Origin: Lingula anatina
Taxonomy: Eukaryota > Animalia > Brachiopoda
DNA: 64,000 nt
NCBI GenBank assembly: GCA_051362555.1
Contig: CM120645.1
Span: 22,134,001-22,198,000 of the forward strand
Direction of reading: 5' to 3'
Shown: in pieces, positions 25,685-38,921 of the stretch
Numbering within the stretch: position 1 is the first letter of the stretch
Layout of the letters: every line of letters starts with the position of its first letter
Made by a program: the position numbers and the translations under genes
The notes under the pieces: model-generated
The model's input: only the letters and a program-made list of their open reading frames with translations
The model's database searches: none
Told to the model about the DNA's origin: nothing

Positions 25685-25832
25685 TATTTATACCGGGGCC
25701 TATATCAAGCAGATGTATGTCACTACACCAGTTGAACATGGTGTCAGTTTGCGTAAACATTGGGTTATTGCACGTGCAAGAAATGACACTCGCGGGACCC
25801 ATTTAATTCTAAAATGGGTCTTGCACGTGTAA
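25685..25832 (-). promoter_or_regulatory. Putative promoter of gene B
   Basis: TATAAATA on the minus strand at 25692-25685, about 80 bp upstream of the ATG. Also TTACGCAA (C/EBP/PAR-type) at 25756-25749, CCAAT at 25763-25759, and CACGTG E-boxes at 25771-25776 (inside the palindrome TTGCACGTGCAA) and 25824-25829. Confidence 0.45.
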
Positions 25833-26950
25833 ATTTTTATCTCGTTGACACACTTTAATATGCAGTTAAGGTGTTTATGTGCAGATACCTCTCCCTAGTC
25901 AGGTTATGATCGAGGTCTTGTGTGTATATGTTATCTTAAAGATTTCTTCCTTAGTCTATGTACACAGCTTTTTTATACCCCATAAAATGAATGCTATGAT
26001 ATTAAGGCCCTGGGTGATCTCATTGATCAGGTCATCAGGTCACAGTTGCACATTTTTCTTAAAAACTGGTATATCTCCAAATACCATCAATACCATAAAA
26101 TGACACCCATACACGTAAGAACGATTCAAGAGACGTCATCTTTATAGTCACCGCAATTGCTGTAGTTGAATATGGGGTGTATCGGAAAGAGTGTGTGCCG
26201 TGGACTGAATGTATACTCCCAGCCATAAACTTTCATTTACGCACGTTACATAATTCCAATTCTAAAAGACAGAATCTATCTGCATTTGTGTTTTACAGGT
26301 AGTCTATCGGCAATGGATTATCAAAATAGCTAATTTCACAATTTCAATTATTCACAAATAATCCACTCAGATGCTAAGGAGTATAAATAAACTTTGCCGA
26401 AACACACACACACACACGCACACGCACACACACCCACACATGACCCAGCCATCCATTCATACGCTACCCAGCAATCTTTTCACACGCCATCCACGCATCA
26501 CACAGCCAAGTGCATCGACACCATCTAGTTCTATGCCTATCACAAGCTCTAATAGTTATGAGGTCTATTACTGAGACCAATTGGCATTTCTCCCTCTCTT
26601 GAAACTGTCCACCGTGAGGCAGACGACAGACAACAAAAACACAGGAGAATTGTAGGTACTTTATTTCCCAAACATGGTGCATGTTGTATGAAGCACTGTT
26701 TTGTATTAGAAACAATCATGTTTTTTTAATGTTCATAACAACCAATGGCATCACGGGAATGTATTTTTTCATACATGGTATTTCTTATCCACTGGATTAC
26801 TAACATGACGTGAAACATAAATCTATATATAGAGAATTAATATCAAGGATGGAAATGTCTTAGGCTTTAGGATTTTTCACTTGAAATAAAGACTTCAAAA
26901 ACCATTTCAACAACCACATAGCTTATATGACAAAGGTCCTAAAAACCATT

Positions 26951-27511
26951 TCTTGTTTTACTTATTTAATTATATTGACTAGGTAAAATGCCTGGAAATT
27001 TTGATGTGACTGGAAATGACTGAGCAATCGTCTATGATATGACATGACATTTCACTCATTGCTCTTTTCTGATATCGTTGAGAAGTTTTAAGACCGCATT
27101 TCCACTAGAATTTGTAAATGAAGTCGTGAGAGAAACCTTCAAAAAGATCAACATTTGGGAGGGGGGCTGTATGCTCAGTTTGACCGTGCTTACTATAGCC
27201 GGCGCCGTTGATAAAGTATTCATATATTGCTGGTGCCCGTTTTAAACAGGACGAAAGAAGTGCTTTTGACGCCATCATTGCAAAAAGTGTCTTTGGCATA
27301 AGGCATTTCAAATAACATCATGCAGAATTTATTAAATAAAAATAAATTTCCTAAACGATAGACTAAATCTCAGTTATCAAATTTGGTACAGTAAATTTTG
27401 ACTGGCTGTATGGTAGTCATCACAATTATAGAATATACGTATGGGACTGATTGATGGATAGAATGAACTCTTGATTCGGCCCCCTCTCTGCCCATTACAT
27501 GATCCCAACAT
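26951..27511 (-). pseudogene. Relic of a fourth paralog: copy of the gene C 3'UTR plus last codons and stop
   Basis: Colinear, high similarity to 46421-46912 (e.g. ctgatatcgttgagaagttttaag, tttgaccgtgcttactatagc, cctaaacgatagactaaatctc), ending in cattacatgatc(c/t)caac(a/c)tc, which is the stop codon and terminal codons of gene C. Confidence 0.8.
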
Positions 27512-30500
27512 CGATATGTCAGAAAACCAGTACATGTTGTTTTTTAATTTCTGATTTTATCTGATAAGGACTTACAACAAGTTACAACAAATACACCCAC
27601 AATTGAGCGAATGTAATCGAGATGCTGACTGGTGAAATTATATCAAAAGATACGCTTCCGATAAAGGTTTGCTGACCTCAGGTTTGTTTCTACTGCTTTC
27701 ACTGAGTACACAGACGTATATATTTTCGAAGACTGTAATTTATAGACACCATTTGTTTTTACCTGTCCAAATAATCAATATAATATAATAATTATTTATC
27801 GGCGTTTCCCTTTACTCCACTAATTACATAGCAACAGTAAACTTGTTTTGACATCCCTTGCATTCTGATTTATTTTGCATTGTAAAATATCAATTGTTTT
27901 TTTTTTTTCTTCATTTCTGCTTTTGTTTAATTGTTTCCTTATCATTCCTTGATATAGAAAAGTAGAGTCGGAAATTTTATCCACCTTTTAGACAAACACA
28001 CATGCATTGTATACGCACATTTATATGTTTTTGATGGTACAACTGTAGGAATACATTGCTTGTTAAAGCGCACAGTTTAAGGTAGCACTTCTGTTGCGTA
28101 GGGAAAAAACACTCGAATTCGTCACGTTTTTTAAGATTCTTTACTGTAAACGTCGAAAGGAAACATTTTTCTGACAATATTTTTGTCGTGGTGATGCCCG
28201 AAGTTGATGAATTTACTAGGACTGAAGACTCAATTAAAAGTACTTATTAACCACTTAAACAAGCTCTTTTACTAAAAGAGGAGCTATGTCCGGGTACTTT
28301 ATACACTATGGCACTAAAGTGGCGACAAAAACGACCCTGATAATGAGACATATTTATGTCGGTATGGTAACGGTTAGGATAACGACAAGAAAGTATATCT
28401 GTACATCAGAAGATGGTACATGTTATAGCAGGACTATATCATTGCCCTACATGTATTTATACATTTGATATAGTCTACTTGTTAAAAGCCTATTTTAAAG
28501 ATAAATTGGCACACTATATATGTAGGGCCTATGTATATTTCAATATGTGATACGTATGAAAAAGGGAAAAATCTGAAATGAGCAGTAAAGAAAATAGGCC
28601 ACATACTTCATAACAGGGGGAGGATAAACCCTGTAGGTGTTTGTAATAATACTATTATTCTGTTTATTACACACCATTATTTCGGAGTAGAGTAGCTGGA
28701 CAGATGTTAGTCTCTATATGATTCATCGTATGAAATAGGTTACATTTTCGTATCATCAGGGCACGACATATGGAGATAAACACCATCATTCTGAATTTTA
28801 TGTCTGTCGGGGACATAATAGAAAGAGAGACTACACAAAGTGAGGTTAAGTTTTTTCTCCTATTTTCACCCTGAGTCTCAGGTATTGTCTATATTCTTTT
28901 CCACGTTTGTGTAACCCGAGTGCGACAGAACGGCGGGTGCCTAATTGCTCTATACCAGCACTTTTTGTATCAATTTTTTCAATTAAAGGTGAGTGTACGG
29001 CACTCTATTGTACTGGTAGATGACGAATTCCCTTCAGTAAATCAAACGAAAACGTTGCTAAAAGACAAAGCCAACAAAGTCCCAAGCGTGAAATAGTTCC
29101 ATTGATTTTCATAAATATATATATATCGTCCTTGAAAAAATACATTTTAAATGTATAAAAAAGATTAAAATCATGTGACTTGAATGAAATCCACGTGCCA
29201 TATATGTTTTGACCTTAACCATAGTACGTATGCATTTTAATTATAGATTTGGCCCTTTCGGGGCGACAAACCGTATATGTATGTGTTATCTGCGTTCCTG
29301 GAGCAGCAGGGAGAGCTCATATACATGACCTCACCGAACCCACATGACGCAGAGAATGACGGGAGATTTCACCAAGACCCAAGATTTCACACTTTATAGT
29401 AGAGATTTAAGATTTGAGATACAATCCTTCGCAAAGCAGTACGGCCCGTGTTAGGGAAGAATATCCAAGTAAAGGCGGTCTTCAAAGAAATTGGACATTT
29501 ATTGGTGAGTAATGTGGCAGCCAGTGCAACGCTGCTTCTCTGATTAATAATTTATCCTTTTGATAATTATGCAAAAATCTAGCCATGATCTCGCAGATTT
29601 AAGAGAAATGGACAAATGCCACTTTCATTACATTTGATAAAAATGATATTTTTATTTGTTTATTCGATGTTGTCTTATGGTTAAGAGTAAAAAAATCACT
29701 GTACGAAAAAAGCAGAAGATCGTTTTAAATTACGCAATGCATTATGGACTTCATATTACAAAAATCACTTTCTCTCGCACAAAACTGAAGTTATTTTGAT
29801 AGCTTGAATGCATAGTGCAATAAAAGAGTAAACATCATAATACATGTAGTACAAACTCCTTACAATATCTCCTGTCACCAAAGCATAGTCTTTTCTGGTG
29901 TGATTGAATAGGCGAAAACGATATTGTTAGTTAGTCATGTGAAGGAGGCCTATTTAAAATAGACATTATGATTTCATCCCAAAACACTGCAGTTAGTGCG
30001 CCATCAACTCGTTTGAATAAATACACCCGCTACATTAACGGTGCGACAGCATTATTTCGTAGTGTAGTGAAATGTTTATTTCCAGCGGATAAGGAAAAAT
30101 TCTAACGCATTGACCCCTCCCCCCCCCCCCAAAAAAAAAAGACAACAGCTACTTATTTTAGCCTACTAGTAATCATTTTGCCCTGTTGCGACGTTTTGTC
30201 CAGAGGTTAAGCACACTCGCATTGAAGTTTGACATATATGCATAAAGAAAACAGCCCCAGTCTAGATGCTACAGGCCTGATTTTTATATTTCCTCGGCAA
30301 TCTATACTCGGTTTGTCACTGTGTTATGCTAGACAAATGTATGGCGGTTTATTTCAGGGTGGTCGTCCTATAAAACCAAGGGGCCGCGCGGAAGGTGCGA
30401 AAAATGGACATTTTAGCTTAGCTGTCCATTTCTAATTGACAGTTACATAAATTTAAAAACGATTAAAACCTCGAATATCTGGAATAAACAGACAACATTA

Positions 30501-32075
30501 CTTCAAATAATATCCCTAAATATGCAATCCAAGGGACACGCAATAATTTATTTTGTAAGCTTTTTATTAGGTTTCTCCTTCTAATACTGTCATTCATGGA
30601 TGCCGAACTGCAATATCCCTACCATAATACATCGATCAAACATACGGGTATAGACGCATCAAGACACACTTTCATACGTAGGCCTCCCAGTATACTGTAT
30701 ACTACTGTGACATTGCTATGAAAACCATTATTTTAAACGAAATACGCTGATTCCTATATATCTTGCTCAGCAGAGTTTTGTGAATTATAACTGCAGGTCT
30801 CAATATAATTGCTTGATATGCACAGGGACCATATGGCAGCCAGTTTATTCTGTTCTATTTATCACAGCAACATAAAGTATATACCTCTCCGTTCGGGGCG
30901 TTCACGTGCCAGTGACAGGCCAAGTCGAATAAGAATAAGAAGAGTTATCTCCAGACCAGGGGTCTATGGTCACCGAAGGGGTCAGCACAGTAGGGTTGGG
31001 AACTGGTGGGCGAAATTGTATACGACAATGTATAGTTAAAATACAATTAAAACCAAACTTACGAAAATTTTAGCTAACTCTGAGTGTGCTAACATACACT
31101 AACGTTTGTTTGCGTACTCGAAGACTATACGACACTGGGGTAGCGCTATGGCACTTTTTTCACTTAGCCAAATCACCACATTTTTGCCAATTTGTTATCA
31201 AAATGGTTATAATTTGGCTAAAATATGTCTAATCAAGCCCTTTTTCTTAGCCAATTTAAGTCAGTTTTAGCATTTGGCTCAACGACCCATCGCTTTTGGC
31301 TCCGTTCGTCGAACAGTATAAGCAATTTCCTCACACTTTGGTGCTTTACTCTAGAACATGTCTTTTTGCACGGAGAAATGGATGAAAAGTAAGAGACCTA
31401 GGTAAAACCTTGCAGGAATCCAATAAGCGAGGGTATTTACCTTTCAAGACGTTATAACCTACTATTCGGTCTTTGTTTACGAAGCGGAATGAAATATACG
31501 TACAGCCGATAAACTTTGTGTCTAAATTAATATTAATCACCTATTTTAATTGAAATAATCTTACTTGACATAATAAATAAAACGACTACTAGTCCAGTAA
31601 ACCGGCGAAATTTCCCCATTGAAGTTGGAAAAAATGTTAACAAAGGTTTCTCAACTGAATCTGGTCCAGTTTTGGGCCAATATTACCCAGATAATTTCCC
31701 ACCAGAACCCACCCATGGCAAATGGCCAAAAATTCAAAATGGCCGCCATTGTAAGTCTAAAGTAGTCCAGTGTTTGTCTGAGTATGGGCACTTACGCTAG
31801 TGCTGTACGCTAGAGTGCGACTTTGCTTTCATTCATAGTCTGTTGTGTGCTGCAGCGGTACTCTAAGCTGATATACGGTTTAGATACGCTACTCATACGT
31901 TGATATAAACTTTGCTTTCGATGTCATGCGTTGACATATGCTTGAAAGGGTACTCGAACGGCGCAAATAAGCTAGCCATTCGCTTACTATACGCTTTCGT
32001 ACGCTGAAAGGGGGTGGCTTCATACACTTTAAGATGTGCATAAAACATATTTCTAATAAGATGTCCATACGTACA

Positions 32076-33457
32076 CACACTGGACAATAGAAGTGTCACC
32101 CCCTAAATCAGAGTAATCAAAGTAGGCAGATCTTGGGTAGTTATAATACCTGGTCTACTTATATTGTGACTAATGAGTATAAAACCGTTGTACCATGGAA
32201 TTGTATTGTTGGTCTTGTACAGTACATGTAGAGTAAATGTTATTCCTGTCTTCTTCCAATATGGCAAGATACAGGCAATTATGTAACGATTATAGACGTC
32301 AAGTTATTAACCTGAAGAGGCGGAATATAAGCAATAGGTCAGAATATCGATACAATTGAATTGTTCAGCCAGAACCGTGCAGATGGTCTGGTCTCGGTAT
32401 AGAAACACTGGATCAAGAGACAAATTGCCTCTGATGGGTCGTCCACGGAAACTACTGACCGTGAAGACCGACGAATGATTTTGATGTCCAGGTTGTCAAG
32501 GTTCGACATTGCTTGTCAGTTGACAACACAGTCAACAATATCACGCATCAGAATCTGTCTTTGAAAACTGCTAGGCGTCGGTCTAATGCTCAGAGAGTGT
32601 ACAGCAGCGTAGCAAGACTGAAACCTCTTATATCGTTACAAAAGAGGCAACGTAGAGTGAACTAGGGCCAACGGGATCTGGAACTGGACAGTCCATGACA
32701 ATTAGTCCTATATAGTTTTTCTGATGAGTGTCGCTTTGGCCTGACCTCTGATGACAGACGGGTCAGATGCAGGCGAACTGCTGGTAAAGCATTTAAATCA
32801 CATGCACTGAATTTTCGAACCCGGAGCAGCATATCCATCATGGTGTGGGGCTGCATTAGCATCCATGGCGTTGGTGAATTGGTAGTGGTTGATGGAAACA
32901 TGAATCACCAGAAATATATCGATGTTTTGGAGTCAGGCTTGCTACCATCTATTACTAACATGTTTGGTGACAGGGATTGTCCATTTGTTCACCAGGATGA
33001 CAATGGTCCTTGTCACAGACACAGAGCAGTTGATGATTGATTTGACCAACAGGACATTCGCAGGGTGATGTGGCCTGCCCAGAGTCCGGATGCAAACATA
33101 ATAATAGAAAATGTGTGGAATGATATGTCAAAACTTTTGACAAATGCCCGTCCAACCAGCAGACAAACTCTGTTAGATTCAGTGTTTCATGCTTGGGCCA
33201 GCATAAGCCATGAACGCATTAGAAAATTATATGAATCCTTGCTTGCAGACTGGCAGCTATTATTAGGTCACGTGGCTATGCCACTAGGTACTAATTTTGG
33301 ACTTGAAACAGCATATTTTGGTAGAATGTATATTTTGTTCTCATTTTTTTGTGAAATTTAGTGTTAATAAAATGATACAGGAGTATATCATTCCACAGTC
33401 ATTTATCTCCCTCAAAGAATTGGTTCATTAGGGATGACACTTCTGTTGTCCAGTGTG
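32076..33457 (+). mobile_element. Tc1/mariner transposon (second family), degenerate
   Basis: TIRs cacactggacaatagaagtgtcacccccta / tagggatgacacttctgttgtccagtgtg. Transposase pieces FSDECRF, MVWGCISIHGVG, FVHQDDNGPCHR, WPAQSPDANIIIENVW, with stops and frameshifts. Confidence 0.88.
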
Positions 33458-34190
33458 TTTACAGCCATACGCTAGAGTGTGAAATCGCTATTAGACTTTT
33501 CGATACTGAAAGTTCGCTGCACATAAGTTTGCTACCCTTAGGTACTTCCTAAGCTTTATTGTATTTGAAGTGAAACCAACTAGAGACACGCACTTGTACC
33601 TTGGATTAAGTGTTAATGGACAGAGTATACTGCTTGTACCTCTTTATATGATGGGCAAACACGGGTGGACATGTCGTGAAAGACGCTGAAAAGTTTGAAA
33701 GGCACTAATACTTTACTTAGCCAATACAAAATCACGCATTTCAGGTACGATCTGATAACGGATACACTATACGTGCGCACATATTCAACTGGTTCTAATG
33801 TTTGGGCATTAATAAAATCGAGTCCCCTGCATCTCCATGGCGTGGTTCCGACGGGGCACCAAATGAGTTTCATTCAATTACATATAATTAATAATTAATA
33901 TTCCCGTACGTTCTTAGCTGTTATTGCCCCCGGCTCCGAATCATTCAGGAAACCTTTAAATTTATTACCGGGGGACTTGAAAGAGGAATGTAGCACCAAT
34001 ATCCGACCACTCCACTCCCGGGCAGCAACGGAAGTGGAAGCCACACAATCATCTGTACCCTGTAGGAATATAACACCGTATTCTATATACGACTTGCATT
34101 ATTCGTCTCGTTTTCGATATTGAGCGCTATGCATTGTGAGTAAAGTGGGACCTATCTTGCGTTGCCGCCATTTCTGTACACAGAAATAAA

Positions 34191-34930
34191 ATGCCTCTAG
34201 GCGGTTCTATGTGTTGTGTGCCTGGTTGTTTCAACAATAAGAAGTGAGATCGAACTTTTTCATTTCATGCTTTCCCCAAGGACCCAAAAGAGAGAGGTAC
34301 TCAGTATATGGATTGACAATATTAGATGAGCGGGAATGGAAGGCAAATAGTGAATTTGAGCCCGCCAAGCATCACCGTGTGTGTAGTTCTCATTTTGAAG
34401 GAGGAAAAAAAATCGTATTTGGGTGGTAGACCAACTATATTTCTACTCAAGTAATCGAAGGTTTGTAAGCCCCAAAGAAAATTTATTAGACATTTAACTG
34501 TTGATAACTCTGAGACAAATTTGAGTGAACCTGGCGGTGAGTGGGAAGTTTAACAGCAAGGACGAAAATGGCTTCTCAAATACAGATCACGATGCCTACT
34601 GCATTGTATCAGATGCTAGCTCAGATGCACTTTTTACGACAGTAACGGAAAAACAGCATATTATTTTCACTGTGGAACAGAAAATCCAAGCTTTAGAAAT
34701 TGAACTTTCAGAAACAAGAGTGGAATTACAACGAGCAAAAAAAAAATGCTTAAAGAAATAGTGTGACAGAGGAAAAGTACATAAAAATACAGGAATAACT
34801 GTCCAAAGCACATGAGGAAGTTGACAAACACACTTTCAGCATAAAGTCTATGCAAAACAAACCTGAAATGGTTAAATTTTACATCGGTCTTGAAACCTAC
34901 GAGGAATTAAAATTTTCATGACATTTTGTA
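34191..34930 (+). mobile_element. Degenerate THAP-domain transposon ORF (ISL2EU/Harbinger-like)
   Basis: MPLGGSMCCVPGCFNN..FHAFPKDP..W..HRVCSSHFEGG..PTIF (C2CH THAP), then a coiled coil and a ..MVKFYIGLETYEE segment like that preceding DDE_Tnp_4. Several stops and frameshifts. Confidence 0.7.
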
Positions 34931-34994
34931 CCCTGATATTACCTCAGTATAAAAAAATGGCTTGAAAACTGTCATGTGAAACTTTGGTTTGATT

Positions 34995-35100
34995 TCACAG
35001 CAAGGTAACCTGGTTTAAGTTTTACTTAGGTTTTAGTGAATTGTTATCGCCATTGCTTAGACCTGAGTAAAACTAAAACCAGGTTTAAACCTGACTGTGA
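34995..35100. repeat. Short hairpin / inverted repeat element
   Basis: tcacagcaaggtaacctggtttaagttttacttaggt ... acctgagtaaaactaaaaccaggtttaaacctgactgtga. Confidence 0.6.
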
Positions 35101-36213
35101 AGGAGTATTGAATCGTATACTGCTTATGCAAATAACAAAAAAAGAGAACAATTTTACCAAACATCACATTTTTATTATCACAATGCACTTGAACATATCT
35201 TGGAAATGTTTAAAACATTGCATTTTAAAACATGAAATATCGTATGGTACCTTGGAAAGATATTTCCAAGACAACATCATTGGTTTTATTATGCAAAATA
35301 GAATTGTGAAACGAAATCTTGAATTGTATTTATTAAAAGGCAAATATAAAAAAGAAAGAAAAAAACGGTTTGGGCATTCCCTTCAAGGACTTGGTCCATT
35401 CTCCACTGCCTTGATTAGTACTGATGGATATTCAGTAGGCCTACTTCTAATTTTCTCTGCCAAACTCCACCGTCTGGATCCACTATTTTCTCTCTCTATC
35501 CCCACTGTACAGTTTACACCTATAAAACGAGTAAAAAATAGTCATGAAAATAATTATTAAAGTCATCATCAACACATCTTAAACCGTGATTTATTTACAT
35601 ACCTACATATTAGACTGATGACAAAACAGAAAACTGACATGACTAGTCATATTGTTTTAACCGAAATCTACCTGGATACACAACAGAAAGATAATGAAGA
35701 AGAAACAAATGATAGATGTACTGATTTTGACAGTGAGCTTGTACTAATTATCTGTACAGTGCACTAGCCCACCTCAGAGATTATATCAGATAATTGCCTG
35801 AACCAGGTGACAAATTTATCTTCCCAATAAATGACTCAGGTGAACATAGTTACATAATGACCACATTACGGTTTTGTATTTGGTCTTGTATTTAAGAAAA
35901 TATCGTGTAACATACCTTTTTATCAGCTCTTCTTTTTTTGCCTGATGTGCGGGCATTCCTATATTTTAACCAACGTTTCAACTCCGGCACCGTTGTCGCC
36001 TCAAATGGCTTGTTTAATATCGCCCCGGCACGTCTTTGCTTCCATCATGTGTTCTTATCGCTGTCAACAACACTTCCGGTACTATTTTGACCCCTGCAGT
36101 GCACAATTCCGGTCATGCGCACATCGCACCTTTCGAATAATGCAAGTCGTATATTATCGTTGCAGATATCACACCTAAGCCCCTCGGTACCTGTTTCACG
36201 TGCCTGTCACACA

Positions 36214-36327
36214 ATGGGGAGAATTTTGCCGTTCGCTTTGTTAGGATTCCTTTACCTTGGTCTCTTGATTGGAAGTACTCCGACGAAACAACGGTTGGTG
36301 AGATGTAGGTTAACACTATTAACTGCC

Positions 36328-36360
<33 letters not shown>

Positions 36361-36480
36361 ATTGTGTCTTAAATATTAAACATCAAAAGACGTATTTATT
36401 ACTCGCCGTAGAGCAATGCGAACATTGTTTCTTTTTTTATACAGATTTGACGTTTAATATGGAACATTTCAGTCTCGAAG
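36214..36480 (+). CDS. Candidate signal-peptide exon(s) of the DNase I gene
   Basis: ATG at 36214 gives MGRILPFALLGFLYLGLLIGS, a hydrophobic signal-like peptide, with a phase-1 donor gtaggt after 36304. An optional 36-nt phase 1-1 exon lies at 36445-36480 (tacag..gtatgc). Both are compatible with the phase-1 start of exon 38922. Boundaries are tentative. Confidence 0.45.
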
Positions 36481-37699
36481 GTATGCCCAGGCAAAATGTG
36501 TTCCTTTTTTTTTCAAAAAACGCCGAGCTTATATAAGATATGTGAATGGAGAAGTATGTAGTCAGTTGTGTCATTACCAATTAACTGACTGCCATGTGTG
36601 CTACCATGTCTGTTGCGCTGCTGCATTATGTAATATGCAGTGATTTAATTGGGTGGTGCTCCTTTCGGCTTGTCGAAGCTTGTCTTTGGCAAAGTATGGT
36701 TCTGTCAAAAAGTATCCTTATGCCGGCAACTACTAAATACAATTATTGGAAATTTTGCAGCAAGCGGTCGTTTTTGCAGTGCGTAAATTGAGTTAAGCAG
36801 TGTTTTCCAAAATTGTTAATCTGTGGCAGAATGGCGCGAAAAACACAGGCATTGCCAGACAGATTATTGTGCCTAACGGAATTATCAGCACAGTTTCATA
36901 AAGTAATAAACGAACTGGTGTACCTACACAGAATCCACACCCGATGTATTAAAATCCTACAGTGCCGCCGGATATTCCCCTTACCAAAAGGCCGCATGGT
37001 CTCCCTTTAGATCGTAAAGATGAACTATTCCCATCGTTTTGAATTACATAGGTGCGGAGTTAATATCAAAGAATGAAAGAAACAGTTGTATCAAAATTTA
37101 GGCTAAATTCTTTAATAATATTTACGCCGGTCACGTACGCACTTCCTTCTTGGTGTGCTAAAGAACCAAGTAGTCAGTCTTTCGGCCGACCACCCTTCGC
37201 CTTGTCAAATAAAGAAATTTATAATATTCGACAACTGGCCAGTTCCCCAGGCAACTATAGAAATAGAATGACCTACTATAAAAATAAATTTCAATCGTGT
37301 TTATAATATGTATATAGCAAAGACGGTTTGAAGCCTAATAAATATTACATGTACAAGTACGAGTAGTGTTTTATTTGATCTTTCATAAATTCATAAATTC
37401 ATTTATTCAATTCTATTTAATTTCAATTAATCCATAGCTACAATGTACACGAAAGTTGCTTTCATCACCGAAACTTTTTGGTAAAGTGACTTTTAAAATC
37501 AGTGTTGGCAAGTTCTTATACTTAAAATCTCCGTACCAGACTAGAGTGATCAAAGTGGAGTGAAGACACCGCGCATTAAAGGTAAATTAACGCTTGGACG
37601 AACACTTAATTGCGACCACGCTCAGCTTCGATTTTTATCTCGATCTTTAGCTCGAGCTAGTGTTAGGCTCTTTTGTCAGAAGAAAGTTTGGTACGATAA

Positions 37700-38283
37700 T
37701 TACCCGACGGGCAGGGCATGGTACTATTGTTAACAGAAACCAAACAGCGTATGGATGACAATGTTATTTACATAGTTACCGAGCCAGGCCGTCCGAACAA
37801 CCCGCAGCGACCCGCAGAGTAAGTAAGGGGAATTTCAGGCGGCACTGTACCACCGGGGTTTCAGGACTCACTGTCTTTCAGGATATGCTGCTGCAACTTA
37901 ACAAAAACCACCCAGGCCTTTCAAAATGAAGGGCAAATTGTCACCAAAACGCGTCTTACAAGGCCCTTAGCGAACACCAAACTGCTTTTAGCAGGTTAGA
38001 ATACCAGACGACCTCCGCAGAACCCACTGTAAACAGCAAAACACCGTCGTCTGTTTCTCTAATGAATTGTGGACCATGACCGTTTGAACCACATAGACAA
38101 TATTTGGGTAGCTTATCACTCGCCGAATCAAGTGCCTACATGCCCTTCAACAAAACTGGACCAAATCGGACAAATTTTGACCTATGCCTGGAATGTTATT
38201 CCAGATTGAACTCTAAAAATCTATCCCAAGGAATGCATTGACGCTTGAGAGCCCTGGTAGCAGTCAAAAGAGGTCAGGCGTAG
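37700..38283 (+). mobile_element. Old, internally deleted Tc1 relic related to the 40788-42379 family
   Basis: RALANTKLLLAG*NTRRPPQNPL*TAKHRR and AWNVIPD..KNLSQGMH*RLRALVAVKRG parallel [28 protein letters not shown] and AWNDIPIQTLKNFSQGMPCRMRALQAAAGG of the 41-kb copy. Confidence 0.6.
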
Positions 38284-38921
38284 CAGCAACAGTTGCTGTG
38301 ACTAGACACTGATACGAAGCTCCTTTGTCGGTCTCTTTTATAGACGATAATTCGGAAAATGAGGAGATCCAAAATATCGTTTTTTTATGGTTGTCGTATG
38401 ACATAGAAAAGTCAATGTATTTTTGTTTACTTCACGGGCGAATAAACTGATGTCACAATGACATTTTAAATAGACATAATTAAAGCTATTAAAATACGAT
38501 TCTAATCCTTATTTCCGTTTATCAGTCAGCAAAATAGGACAAGTTCTAATGAAAAATGATTTGGAAAAAAATTAAATGTCAAGTCTGTATTTTGTCCGTT
38601 TGATGTGTTCAGTGTCATGTTCCTTTGTTTTCGGAAAAAATATGTTACACATGCTAATTATTCTGTCACTGCTTATTAGTCATGTGCGCCCATTACTTTG
38701 TTCGTCGATACCTCCGTAATAGTGATATGTAAAAGGTCTGATATCGTGCATGCAGGTGTCACTCTAAGCAAACATTTCGCCACCGCTTTCGAAGTTAATG
38801 CTGAAGCCCTTGCGACGGATAACTAATGACGTGGGATTTAATGTAATTTTCATTTCTTTTATTTTTATGCTTTTGTGAACGAGTATTACGTTTTTATCAT
38901 GCATACATCATATTTGTTCAG

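Noticed and set aside
29250-29400. Possible SINE/ncRNA (gggttcg B-box-like motif, GAAA tetraloop hairpin on the minus strand)
   Set aside because: No A-box or cloverleaf and no second copy in the window, so support is insufficient.
34191-34930. Host THAP transcription-factor gene
   Set aside because: In-frame stops and frameshifts within the THAP domain and no splice signals. Treated as a dead transposon.
35036-35560. Longest ORF in the track (174 aa)
   Set aside because: No recognisable motif, starts inside a hairpin repeat, AT-rich and lacks splice context. Probably chance.
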